Positions 1-13,000 of a stretch of DNA of 64,000 nt are shown here, piece by piece. Position numbers and translations under genes: made by a program. Origin of the DNA: Nemertoderma westbladi (lineage: Eukaryota > Animalia > Xenacoelomorpha). The DNA is taken from contig JAUCBJ010007727.1 of assembly GCA_032718475.1 (NCBI GenBank), positions 1 through 64,000 on the forward strand, given 5' to 3'. How positions within the stretch are numbered: the first letter of the stretch is position 1; each line of letters starts with the position of its first letter. Under the pieces are notes generated by a model, which was given only the letters and a program-made list of their open reading frames with translations, had not been told where the DNA came from and searched no databases.

Positions 1-2842
1 AGATAAAGCGCCACGTCCTAAAGGAACTGTTAATATTCCCGAAGGTGAATAATATTGTCAGAGATTAGATAATACTGTCAGTCGAATAATACATTAGGCT
101 TACATAGCAATAAAATTAAACCGTCGAACCCAATCTCCCGGGAATATCCAGCGGGTGAATGATCGCGCACAGATTGGTTTCGACTAGTGTAGTGAATCAA
201 ATACTTGTCATAGGCTAAAAAGTGATTTAATATCTAGAAGACATCTTAAGTTTGGCGGGTTAAACTGCCAAAGGTCTGAAAGCGCGAACATGTTGTTTGG
301 CAAAAGTTTGAAAATTTTCCAAGTAGAATTTGCGTGGGGCCTTCGTGCAGCATCAGTGTAACTGTTATTGTAGTTATAATATATTTATTTATCCAAAATT
401 AACATGCGTTAAATTATTATTACTGTAGGATAAATCAGCTGGTTTTCTGACAAATTTTGCAAAACATAGGGGCTGTCTGCCAATCTGCATGTACCATTTG
501 TACCGGTACTGTCAGGCTGTACTCAATTCCTGAATGGAGAATTCTGCAATCAGTCAATACTGCAATACAGGTCAGCCGGTACCATACACTGCAGACATTG
601 CCATATCATGTAATCTAAACATGGCCCCGGAAACCCCTTGCGGTGATTATAGTTTAGGCCTAATTAGCCTAGTACCGGTAATAATAATATAATAGTTTAG
701 ATAGTTCAGTAGTTACCGCTAATCATTCAGTCATTGGCACGGTACACCGTATTGCTGTACTGCCATTGTAGTGCGCACCGTAGGTACCACCCATGCGTAG
801 GCTGACTGTGCTGATTATCAGAGTACTGGTCAGACTGTGGTACCTAAGCTATATACTGTTCGGTATACTGCTGTATTGGGGTGGGGTTAGGAATAATCCA
901 TTTGTTTTAGCATTGAACTGTTGAATCCCCTTATTTATTATAAAACCATTGGAAATATTCGCAAATGCCGCTCCATTACTGTCTGAAATGCTCCCGACAG
1001 TCCGATGTATCTGGACCCGAGCAGCCGAGTTGCTTCAAGAGGTGATTAACGGGGGAATACTACGGAATTGCTTGTTTGTCAGTACGATTCTATTTGGGTA
1101 TTTACTACACACACTCAGACACTGGGAATACGGCGGTCGGTCAGATCGTAATGCGGGCCACTGCCAAGTTCCTCATGCCTCACTCCGGTCACCCACCTTG
1201 GAGTGCGGTGGGAAGAGTCCCACTTACTGACTTACGTCGACGACTGGACGAATCGACGAGGATTGCGATCTGGGTTTAGCGGCGGCCCGGATCCTGGTAT
1301 CGCCTGGGGGAAATGGTTGAACGTCGGGCATACTTGTATCGCACTGGATTACGTTCTCTGCGACGTGAAAGTGTGAAGCGAATTCGTTGTCGAATTGGGT
1401 CGAAAGCTGCGGGAATTCTACTGTTCTACGGGAGTAAACCGCAGCGGTCCGGTGACTACGGACGGATACTACTGGGATAAGCAGGTATTTCGATCGAGTT
1501 TCTCGTATTCTCGATGCTCGACAGCTCGAGGCGGATAGAGAGTTGGTTGTGTTGGGCGGTGTTGTTCAATTCTATCAAACGTATTAAATAATTGGTAAAA
1601 TAATAAAAACACACCAGATAAAGATACTGAGCTTATGGTAAAGAGATAGGCCGAACTTACAATTTCCAAATAGATTGTTCATATAATAAATATATTTTTG
1701 GTATTTGATTTCAAGATAGGGGGGGGGGGGGGGGGGACTGGACGCAATAAAAATTCATCCCTCTCCAGGGGAAATTGGACGCAAATAACAACAGCTGATT
1801 ACTCTCAAAAATAAAACTGTAACCTGTTCTATTGTGTTTACTTTATTGTTTTGGTTAAAATAACGTGCCACTGTAACCTGCTCCTTTCCCAAAATTGAGA
1901 AATTAATATTGAGGCGGGATATTAATTCGCCAAGATGGGATTTGCGTCCAGTCCCACCCCCCTCCTGTCTCTTGATTTTACTAAAAAATAGAATACATTG
2001 CATTTTACTGTTATAATTACTGTATTGAATAAAATAATTAATTTATTGTTTATTAAACCGTGCTAAGCACGTTGAACTGGAGCTCTAACAATTCCCCACT
2101 AGCGGCAGACAGGAACTGTAAAAGTCTCTGTAGAATTTCTAATTAAGCAATGCTCTTAGGTAACTACTACTAAATTTCAGATGAATCTGATCGTTGGTTC
2201 TATAATTACAGCTATTTTTACGTTTCTGTTAATTCGCCCCCTAGCGGCAGACAGGGGAACTGTAGAAGTCTGTCTGTGTGTAGAATTTCAAAATTTTTTA
2301 TAGACTACATGTGTACCAAGTTTGGTTCCATTTCATCCTTGATTGACTGACTTATAAGCGTTCAAACATTCCTGCCACAAACATAGCCAGAGGCAGCCAC
2401 AAACAAATAAAAGCTGCAGGAACTCTAGCGATAATTAATTAATTAATTATTAAATACTGTTTCAATTAAATTACTTACGAAAATCTAGTCATCTTCTTTT
2501 AAATATGGACCCTGCATTCGTGGAAAATATAATATTTGATAATTCAGCAGTCAGCCTACGCTAATTTCACAGCAAAGTCCTTGTCATGGCCTGTGTGTAG
2601 TAGGCCATGGTACCACCCTACTACCGGTACCGGCTGACCGGTGGCAACTAGCACTTCAGCACTTGCACAGCAACAGCACTACCGGCGATACACAGGTTGG
2701 AATTTATGTAGAGTTTGCTCAACAGTACAGATATAAAATAGTTATCTAAATTATATATATTACTATTGACAAGTATTGAAATATATACCGTTATTCGTGT
2801 TATCAGTATTTGCAACATCTGACATTGAAGAGGTGAGAGAAG

Positions 2843-3180
2843 ATGAATACCGGCACTCAACAAAACCAACGCTTATCACAGGTCGGTATGGTTACCTCGA
2901 AACCGGCGCGACTGTCCACTCGAATACAACTTCAAAACACAAACGCCAACAATAAACTGAAAGCGAATCGAACGTCTTCAGAAGAATCTGTCATTGGGAC
3001 GAAGAAAAGGAAGCCGAAACCACGGGAATGGACCACAGCTAAGATTGAATGCTCCCATTGTCAGAGTTCCTGGACCGAAATTGAAACACCAATTGCCGAT
3101 GGGCTTGATCTCTCAAACCAAAACTTCCTCTGCGGGGTTTGCGCGGCAGTAAAGATTGAAAGTCTGGAAGCTGGCATCCC
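2843..3180 (+). pseudogene. Possible LINE ORF1 N-terminal fragment (CxxC...CxxC zinc finger), truncated by a dispersed repeat
   Basis: ATG-initiated basic N-terminus followed by CSHC-x23-CGVC and the start of a helical segment, an arrangement like CR1/L2-type ORF1. The frame runs into the 3190-3575 repeat. Confidence 0.35.
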
Positions 3181-3189
3181 TAGGTATTA

Positions 3190-3575
3190 TTATTATAAAG
3201 AGCGTCAGCCTGCGTTTAATAAATATATTTTAATACAAAACAGGTCGAACGCAAAGAGGCTTATAATGAAGACGAGTACTGCATTGATTATATTCCTATA
3301 AACCACCTGGCTTTGCATATTGAACGTGCGTTTGGAAATAAGTTCGTGCTACCCTTCCGTGGGTGGTAGATGTCGCGGTTATGTATTGGTGGGTGGGGGG
3401 AGGGGGGGGGGGGGGTGCAGATTAAAAGGGGTGAACACGTACTGTCCCCCTTTCTTTGATTAATTGGTGGTGTGGGTTAATCTCTCATAACCTGATTTTG
3501 TGATACAGTCGCACAATTTTAATTTGTATCTCATAACTGGGCCTCGTGCTGCGCGAAGGCCCCACGAACGTGTTC
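3190..3575 (+). mobile_element. 3' part of a non-autonomous dispersed repeat (Helentron/HINE-like), same family as 49343-50695
   Basis: Near-identical to 50300-50695, including the terminal GGGCCT...AGGCCC hairpin. Confidence 0.55.
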
Positions 3576-4410
3576 GTAGGACCTCGTTTAGTTACGGGTT
3601 GTTTGTCTGTTTTGTTAAACTTGTTCTTATTATTAGGTCAATAAACACATACATACATAATAAATAATTATTTTTAAACCACCTTATGTTATCGATCGAC
3701 CCATATACCAAATATTATTTAATTCGGACATAGCCTTCCCTCCTGTTACCTTTGATTTTCATTGAATGTGTTGAAGTAGCGCTACCCCCCCCCCACCCCC
3801 CCACCCCCCCCCCCCCCCCTTAAAATTGAAAAATAAATTTACTTTTGTCTAATTTTAAAGATTTAATTTCGAACTCCAATGATATTAATACAACTGTCGT
3901 TTAATTCATAATTAAAGCACCATATTTATACAGTACGTACTAATTGAACAATATATGCGTATAGTACATTATGTATCTTGCAACTAAATTAATTTGTTTC
4001 ATGTTATAACCATTTCTGCACAGGATAACGGTGGTACTAATATTATGGTAACACTAAAGAGATTTATATTAAATAAAAATAGGTAATAATTATATTAGAT
4101 AAAATATATTATTATTTTTAAGAAATTATTGATTTAATCAATTGATATATTGATTTAAATTATTGATTAAATAAAACCATTGCGCTCAAATTCGACTGTT
4201 CCTATGCGCTGAAATTAATCTCTCACTAGTTCAACTTGTGCACACAGTAGAAATGTTCCCACAAGATATGTGATTCCACGACCTATTAATACATTAAGGT
4301 AGTATAGTAGGAGCATATAAATTGCTAATAAGAAAGTAGACAGGGATTTGCTGCACGTACTTTACCTAAGAAACCTAAGTCTAAATTAGTGTAAACAATA
4401 ATTATATTGT

Positions 4411-4571
4411 AAAATAATGTGCATACAGTTAACAGTATGCATGTTAACCAAAGTTATCAACTATAAAATAATGTGCATACAGTTAACAGTATGCATGTTA
4501 ACCAAAGTTATCAACTATAAAATAATGTGCATACAGTTAACAGTATGCATGTTAACCAAAGTTATCAACTA
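4411..4571. repeat. 54-bp tandem repeat, 3 copies
   Basis: Unit aaaataatgtgcatacagttaacagtatgcatgttaaccaaagttatcaactat starts at 4411, 4465 and 4519. Confidence 0.95.
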
Positions 4572-5122
4572 AATAAATAACTATTTACGTCATTATGTGA
4601 AATATAGCATGGAGCGTCACGATCTGAGTGTATTTATGTACCGAGCGAGCAAAGCGAGTCGAAGGTTTACATAAATTAACAAGTGAACGCAACGCCTTTT
4701 ATATACTAACACTCGTCATTGTTCATAAAATAGCACTTTATAGCGTTACGGCACGAGTGATAACAAAAAATGACGAATCTAATTTTATTTATTTGAGGGG
4801 AATTATTTGTAACTATGCACTTAAACTTTCTAGAACAACCTTGTAACAGGAAAGCATTACATGTTAATTATACACACTTTCAACTAGTACCAAATATCCT
4901 TAAATAAAGACAAGGAGGGATCAAATCAAAATTCATCCTTATCAGGGGCAAATCGACGCAAATAACCGATGATTACTCTCCTATATTGGACTGTAACCTG
5001 TGTTATTAACATTAGTGTATTATTTTGGTTATATTAACGTGCCACTGTAACTTGCTACTTTCCCTTAAATTGATATCTAACATTGAGATCAGATATTGGT
5101 GAAACTGAGACCTGGTCTCAAT

Positions 5123-6033
5123 CCTAGCTGAGTGCTGCAAGGTGACACATTGGCGCCATTACTATTTGTATTTGTACTGGATTATGCCTGAGGACGGCTA
5201 CAAAGCATCTGGGATTCACACTACAACAACGCAGAAGTAGTAGATATCCGGCAACTACAGTCACAGACACCGACTTTGCGGATGACATCGCCCTGCTCTC
5301 TAATACGCTAGCAGATGCACAGCTTCTACTAAATAAAGTGGAGAGGGCTGCTAAGGAGGTTGGATTGCATATAAATGCTACCGAGACCGAATTCATGACC
5401 TTTAATGTTGATGGGAACTTGACAACCATTGATAATAATCAACTAAGGAAGGTCGTCGACTTCCAGTACCTTGGATCATGGATAGAGAGTAGCAAAAAGG
5501 ACATAGAAGTTAGGAAAGCAAAGGCTTGGGTAGCTTTATCAAAAATGGATACCATCTGGAAATCAGATCTCTCCAGGCACCTGAAGATTAAGTTCTTTCG
5601 AGCCACAATGGAAAGTGTATTTTTATATGGGGGTGAGACCTGGACACTGACGAAATCACTTGAACAACGAATTGATGGTTGCTACACAAGACTACTAAGG
5701 GCAGTCCTAAACATCAGCTGGAGACAACACATGACAAACGCCGAGCTTTATGGTACAATACCACCTGTATCAACCACCCTCCGTGAACGCAGATTAAGAT
5801 TCAGTGGGCACTGCTGGCGAAGTAAAGACGAGGTCATACCAGATCTACTTTTCTGGCAACCAACTCATGGAAAGCGTAGTCGTGGACGACCGGCCATAAC
5901 ATATATAGATCAACTTGAAAGGGATACTGAACTTGGGAGAAACGAAATTGCGACAACTATGGAGAATCGGGAAGCCTGGAAGGATCTCATTTCCACTGCC
6001 CGAGTTCGCTCGACCTAGTAGTAGTAGAAGTAG
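5123..6033 (+). mobile_element. 5'-truncated RTE-like non-LTR retrotransposon (RT C-terminal half) with (TAG)n tail
   Basis: GVLQGDTLAP, TDFADD, FQYLGS, RLRFSGHCWR and RGRP motifs. ORF 5338-6018 ends ARVRST* and is followed by tagtagtag. Confidence 0.9.
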
Positions 6034-6127
6034 TTCGTCCCGGATAGGCAATTTTTTTCAGAAGAATCACTTAGACTTGTCCATGACTAAGTTATAAACG
6101 TTACAACTATTAACTAAACATTTTTAG

Positions 6128-6543
6128 TGCGTATAGCGCTGGTTCAACCCCCGGTGACGCGCTCCCATTTTTTCCACTTCTGAACAAACCCACAATATTA
6201 CACCTTTAATTACAGTTGCAACAGCTCATCTCCAATTTATTTAATTAATATCACCTGGCAGCAATACCGAGCTGAATATTTATTTATTTGTACTTCCCTC
6301 CTGTTTCACTCTAGCATACTTGAGGCCGTTAGGTCCGCTGTTAGAGATAGAATATTTGCAACTTAAGACTGCCCGTTCAATAGAAGTGGATTAGGTGGGA
6401 CTGCGAGTGTCAGGGGCTAGTGGCTGAGCTGGTTAGCGCTACTGATGAGGCCTGTTAGGCCGAAACGTGCGTATAGCGCTGGTTCAACCCCCGGTGACGC
6501 GCTCCCATTTTTTCCACTTCTGAACAAACCCACAATATTACAC
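6128..6543 (+). mobile_element. Penelope-like/retrozyme non-autonomous insertion: 340-nt monomer plus terminal direct repeat
   Basis: About 78-bp direct repeat at 6127 and 6467; flanked by a 14-bp duplication ctaaacat(t/a)tttag (6114-6127, 6544-6557); contains a hammerhead ribozyme. Confidence 0.75.
6435..6480 (+). ncRNA. Type I minimal hammerhead ribozyme
   Basis: Stem I agcgcta/tagcgct, core CTGATGA, stem II ggcct/aggcc, GAAA, very short stem III, cleavage triplet GTA (cut after 6473). Confidence 0.9.
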
Positions 6544-6749
6544 CTAAACATATTTAGACCGTCACCCTACAACAATTAATTAGTAGTCTGACAGTACCTA
6601 CACTTAGTAATTAATCCACTCTTAGTTGCTATCTGGCTAATTACTTAATTATTAAATAATAATTAATAATCAGTCTCTAATTAACAGCCTGAACCGTATT
6701 ACGATTGCACCAAAAAGTGTTTCTTATTGACATTTAAAACTAACTAACT

Positions 6750-7014
6750 TCAGAAATGGTCAACTAATATAGGATTATCTTTCAAAGTTTCATCGATATT
6801 CGATAAGTTAGTAAACGTGTCTGTTATGCGTCCAATATCGGACACATTCGATTTGGACTTGGTAGTTACTGCCTTTGATAGTTTACGCTTCCCATTGTTT
6901 AATGACCAATCATATTCGTTATAAATTATAGTTACTCCGCCCTCGTCTTCCCATTGGTCCAATAAAAATTTCAATCCGTAAAGTTTATCTTCGCAAACGT
7001 AAGGTAAAACCCAC
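6750..7014 (-). CDS. DUF547 gene exon 6 (last)
   Basis: ttttag acceptor at 7016-7015, phase 2; translates WVLPYVCEDKLYGLKFLL...YNEYDWSLN...HF*. Confidence 0.85.
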
Positions 7015-10000
7015 CTAAAATAAATACAAGAAGAATTTAAATATAAACCTCTAAATTCGTCTTTACATCACATACGCACCAAGTCAAAAGGAAATGTATT
7101 CAGTTCAGATAGTGTGGGGGGGGGGGGGGGGATTTTCTGGCACGAAGGAAGCACAACACAGCTAGAATTATCATTACGGGTTTTTAGGGGTCGTTGATAT
7201 AATTACCGACGTCGATAACTCGAGAACTTAAAGAGATCTCGCCAAGTCGTTTTAGATTTGAAATCCTCCATAATTTATGCTCAAGGTGAAATCAAAAAAA
7301 TAAAGTACGTAATTTAGAAAAAGTGTCATTTAAAAGTAGTAAAAAGTATTTCAATATTGGACATAAATAAACAGGCCCACCAATTTGCAATTTGGCAGAA
7401 AATGGACCATTACAAATAAATATGCTATTATTGAAACTAAAACTCTATTACCAACATACTACTACTACTACTAGGTCGAGCGAACTCGGACAGTGGAACT
7501 GAGATCCTTCCAGGCTTCCCGATTCTCCAACTACTACTAGGTCGAGCGAACTCGGACAGTGGAAATGAGATCCTTCCAGGCTTCCCGATTCTCCATAGTT
7601 GTCGCAATTTCGTTTCTCCCAAGTTCAGTATCCCTTTCAAGTTACCAACATTACCAACATATGGTGTATAAATGGAACAGGAACATGAAATCAAGTTAAT
7701 GTAGGTATATGGTAGGAATCACACATATAAAATATTGTAAATATAATGTTATGTAATTGTAAATATACGTGTAAAGTGCTATTAGTTGAGTTAAATTAAA
7801 TTATCGTTGTAAAATTTAAAAAAAAAGTTTTAAAAGGGTGGTGCAATGTAATGAAATAAAAGAGAAAATATGTATATTTTTTTTTTTATTAAAATAGATA
7901 TCGATTCAGTTAAAAGTCGTTTAGGGCGTAAAGGAACAGGGAACGTTTAAATGTTGTTGAGAGAGTTGGGATGCCAGTACAACTGAGGCCGTGGTCCTTG
8001 TCTGTCGCCGGACCGTCGCAGAGACGGCAGATACATGTGGGCGTCGGTCTCCAGCACCCTTTGTTGCGGCATAGCTTGTGGTGCGAGCCGTTAGAAATGA
8101 ATTGGGCTTCCGCACGGCGTCTGTAGCCGGTGAGTTCGAGGAGGGAGAGCTCGCCGTTCTCTGAAGGGTGATCGACCGCGTTTAGTATTGCCGTGGTGGA
8201 GGCGTATTTACTTACCCCACACCACAGTTTCCAATAGAATGCTCGAACCGCTACGACGTGGTTCAGTGAGTCAGCATTCGATGGAACTACGCCGAAGACC
8301 GCGCAGCCGTAGGTCGCCGCTGGTAGAATAACGAGCTTCCATAGACGCTGGGCTGTTGTCATGGAGATCAACTTGAAATTGACCTTAGTTGCCAATCGCA
8401 TACAGGCTGATATCCCACGCTTGTGTAGGTGTTTGTAGTGACCTGTGGCGCAGTTCTTTGTCGTGAGGACAACCCCGAGGTACTCGAAGGAGTTGACGAA
8501 CTCCAGGGGGGATCCATCGTATACTTGGACGTCGGTTCTGCAGAGGCGGCCACCACGGCGGAATTTCATCGCCTTCGTTATTATCCATATTATCGTTATA
8601 TATGTTATTATCCAATTTACATCAATAATAATAAATTACATTTGAAAAATAATTAAATATTATCCATTGTTATTTTATGTACCGGTACTAAAATTATCCT
8701 AACATATCTTTTTTTTACAATTAACTTACGTGCCCAGTATAATTAATAGTTGAGACCTGTTTTTATTAATTAACCGGAAACCTACCCAGATAATTATTAT
8801 GAAAAATACCGGAGACCAGAGCCGGAGATCAGAGACTTTGCTTATTTTTTAACTTACAATAATTTATTATAGCACAAACGTCGAACAGGTACGTATGAAC
8901 TGAGAACGGAAAAACTGAGCGCAAATACAGTTTGGATTATTGTTGAAGTTACATTAAATTTGTTTTTGACTACATCTAGAAAATTTTTTAATTAAAAAAG
9001 GCGTACTTATTTTACAATTGTTCAAATAAATTACATTTCAATGTACTATTTAAATCTTTATCACTTATGAATAGTTGGTGCATAGGTGTTAGTAGTACTC
9101 TACTCGACTCCTTCACAAGCCTCGTTACCCTCGTTCTCATCATTTGTTCGACGTAATATATAGTAATTTTCAATACCCCGGAACCGGAGACCTATCCAGA
9201 GACCAACAAATTTCCCGATGAACCCAGAGATCACAGATCAGTAACAAGTCTCTGTTTCAAGCTTTCAACTCTAGTGTCCTCTTTACATACAGATACAGGT
9301 TGTACAATGCAAAAACACCCGGAAGTCAAAATATTAATGGAAAGATAAAAATAATCACGTAGAAACATTTCCCACCCCCAATTGCGTTGGTTATAAACAA
9401 ATTTTAAACCAACAATCTGAAGGCAAACACTAATTTGCGTTTTACTCAAATGACTTTTTGTGACTTGCGGTCTTTTTACATTGCACGGCAGAGTTCCGGT
9501 AACAGAACTATCACACTTCCACTGTTTCTCAGAGATTTCAACGGTTCCGTAGCTTTTTAGATCCTATTGCTGCTGTAGGAGATATAATAATAGATGATTG
9601 GTGGTAATTTTTCGCCAACACGGAAATTATTTATTAATTTGGCTAGAAACACTATCAATTTTGACAAGCTTTTCCCTTTTCTAATGTACTAAAATTATGT
9701 GTCATATTTTAGGGGGTTCTTTCCATTTCCCTTTCCGAGAAGCATACAACCCTTACCTGGGTTCGAACCCGCGGACTACCCGGACTTACCTAACGACATC
9801 AAGCGGATTATTTCCGAAATCCAAACGGTACCAGTTGAATATTTTACTCAACCAAATCTTCCTGGTTGTCATATTAACGGCGACCCCATCCAAACAGAAG
9901 CTTTTAGTTGCGCCATCTAGTGCCGCGTTAAGGTTACTAGCTCGGTACACACGTATAGCCGGACACGACTGCAAAATATGAAAGTAGATAACATATAGTC

Positions 10001-13000
10001 TACAGTACCTTGGCGTATTAGGTAAATCACATCTTATCATAGGTCGTGGGTTCGATCCCAGCACGCGGGCCAGTGCAGTTTTCGTTTCGGTACAAATGCT
10101 TTAAAGGAACTAGCTGTCTTATTTGCATCCTTAAATGGTAACTAAATGAGTACAAGTTTCCGCTGGGGAGTATAGTTCTGGGGGGGGGGGGGGGGCAATC
10201 GCAATGGAAATAAGTTATAGGACTTAATTGGCATAATCGCTGGCCTGATGGCTGAAGAAAACTGCTTTATTAATAAGTAGCGCCGTTCGAGTTCGGAATA
10301 TTAAAACAAGAGCTATAAGCGAAATACTTATTTTTAAATTGATGATATGTTGTAAGCGACTTCCCAGTATACTTATCAGAGGGTCTTAGTGAGGCGCCCC
10401 CGTTAAAATTCATTTATGATGGATCGTGACAATTCCCCACAGCAAACTTTATCTCCAGGGTTTTCCCAAGTTAGACATAGACAGTCTAAACAATATAACC
10501 GGATATTGAGGACCCCCCTCCCTCCCCCCCTCTGACTCGGACGTCCTTTATGGACGACCCATTTCCCAATAGGATCTCTCAATAGGATTTCCAATCAATA
10601 AATATCAGATAACTTAATATGGTACAAATAAAGTGTAAGAATGATGTTGTAATCCATCTCTGTACTTGTTAAGATAATGCACACAAATACATTAATGAAA
10701 ATGCTGATAAAGTGTATTTTTAATTTTTTGCTCAAACAATTATTTGTAACTTCTCACATACAATATATAGACATAGATGTACCACGTCGATATTTCAACG
10801 CGCGAAAGGTTCTTTCCACCCGCTTCATTGTTGTGGGGCGAGCCACGAATTAAGGTGAGTCTTAGAGTAGGTGTATCATTAAATCAACCTGTCGATCTGT
10901 TGGTGTGTCGAGTCCAATATTTAATCGTTAATAACTCGATTAATCTATCTCGATAACTAACCAAATTTGGTACACACGTTGTCTGGCAAAAGTTTTGGAA
11001 TTTTCAAAGTAAAATTTACGTGTGGCCTTCGAGAAGCTAAGATAAAAACAGTTATTTAGGTAATAGGTTGATTTCGGTAAAAAACGGCATTTTCAGGGTG
11101 CCTTTCATGGAAATAAATTATTTTCAACTATAAAATTTAAATAATAGTACTTAAATAAAACTCATACAGCTTGAATCCCCATACCCCATTCCTTAAAAGT
11201 TTATTAATTTAAGAAATGTGTTTTTAATTGATACTGTTGTTAATATTTGATTGCTTAGTAGTCGAGTCAATCTAGCAAAAAACCCGTAAGAAATTCGCAA
11301 TCAACCAAAACCAAATTTTTTAGGTTCTATATTATCTTGTTATTGCCCAAAAAAAGTCTATAAAAATATATGTTGCGTAACACATTAAATTTCATGCAAA
11401 CATATGACCTATTTTTGCAATACCCAAAAATTGCTCTTTTTTGATAATTGAGCTATTTGTTTGCTTTATATTATAACAAGTTGCTTGGTAACTGCTCTCT
11501 GCTCAATAGAACAATTTCCTATTGTTAGTGATGTACAGCAGCTAGCTACTTTTTAGACTAACTTGCTACAACCATTTTAATATTATGTAGCATTTTTAAC
11601 CTTCAGTTCTGTTTATAAAATAATTTGCAGGTACTTTCAAAATTAAAATATATTCTAATCTTTTATGATGGCTTTACAATTTTACAATATGGGTAGTTGG
11701 TGTGATTTAGGAAAAAATTGTAAAGCCATCACAAAAGATTAGGATATCTTTTAAAGTACCTTCAAATTATTTTATAAACAGCACTGAACGGTCAAAAAAG
11801 TCGCATTGCTAATACAAACCCATAAAAAGTGTTTAAAGAAAAATACTACATAATATTAAAGTGGTTGTAGTGATTTGTCTATAAAAAGTAGTTAGCTGCT
11901 GTACATCACTAGCAATAGGAAATAGTTCTATTGAGCAGTTACCAAGCAACTTGTGTTATAATTAAGCAAACAAATAGCTCCATTATCAGAAAGAGCCAAT
12001 TTTTGGTATTGCAAAAATAGGTCATATGTTTGCATGAAATTTAATGTGTTCCGCAACATATTTTTTTATAGACTTTTATTTGGGCAATAACAAGATAATA
12101 TAGAACCTAAAAAATTTGGTTTTGGTTGATTGCGAATTTCTTATGGGTTGACCCCCTTTTTTGGCTAGATTGACTGGACTATAGGTTCACAGGTAAAAGA
12201 CAGAATATTGTCAATAACATTACCACTAGAGAAGGTTTATATCCAAAATAGTTATTCCTCAAAATATTGGGCTGATTTTTTTATGGGATTTCTGTGATAT
12301 ATTCTTAAAAATTATATTATTATTTTTGTATGTCCTTTTTAGGGATGTCCCGGAATTCCGGCGGTTTTTGCCCGATTCCGGTTCCGGCCGGAATTGTCGG
12401 AATGGGGTCAATTCCGGCCGGAATTTTACCGGAATTACAAGGTTCATATCTAGTTTAATAGCTGCAATTAGTTTGTTAAATTATTATCAACATTTATATA
12501 TTTTTTAAACAATATTACCAATTAGTTTAAGATAGTTTAAGATTTGTCGTTCTGAAGATATTTTATGAAATGCATCGTTAGGCCCGTGCTACACTGTTAA
12601 GTCGCTTAGTCAGAATGTCAAAATGAATGGCTCCTGGCTCCATTGGTAACATAAGTCATTTGTATAAGTCATAAAAATATGGTGCGACTCACATTTACTG
12701 CATATTTATTATACCCAAAGTAACCAATCAGGGGCATCTTGCCGGATATTACACATGATTCATATGTCAAAAGATGGAACATGGGACATAATCACAGTCG
12801 TAACTTACGATTTACCATTGGAGACGCTAACATTGAAACCAATGTGTTCCATAATTTATTCTGACTAAGACTTTATAAGACTTACCAGTGGAGCACGGGC
12901 CTTAGCGGGTGGTTTTTCCAATTTGCTTATAAAATGGCGTTTTTTAGATTGATTTTACATTATTTTACATTGATCTTACATATTGTTGAATTATGTTTAC

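Noticed and set aside
5338-6018. Host gene
   Set aside because: It is the C-terminus of a truncated RTE-like LINE present four times in the window.
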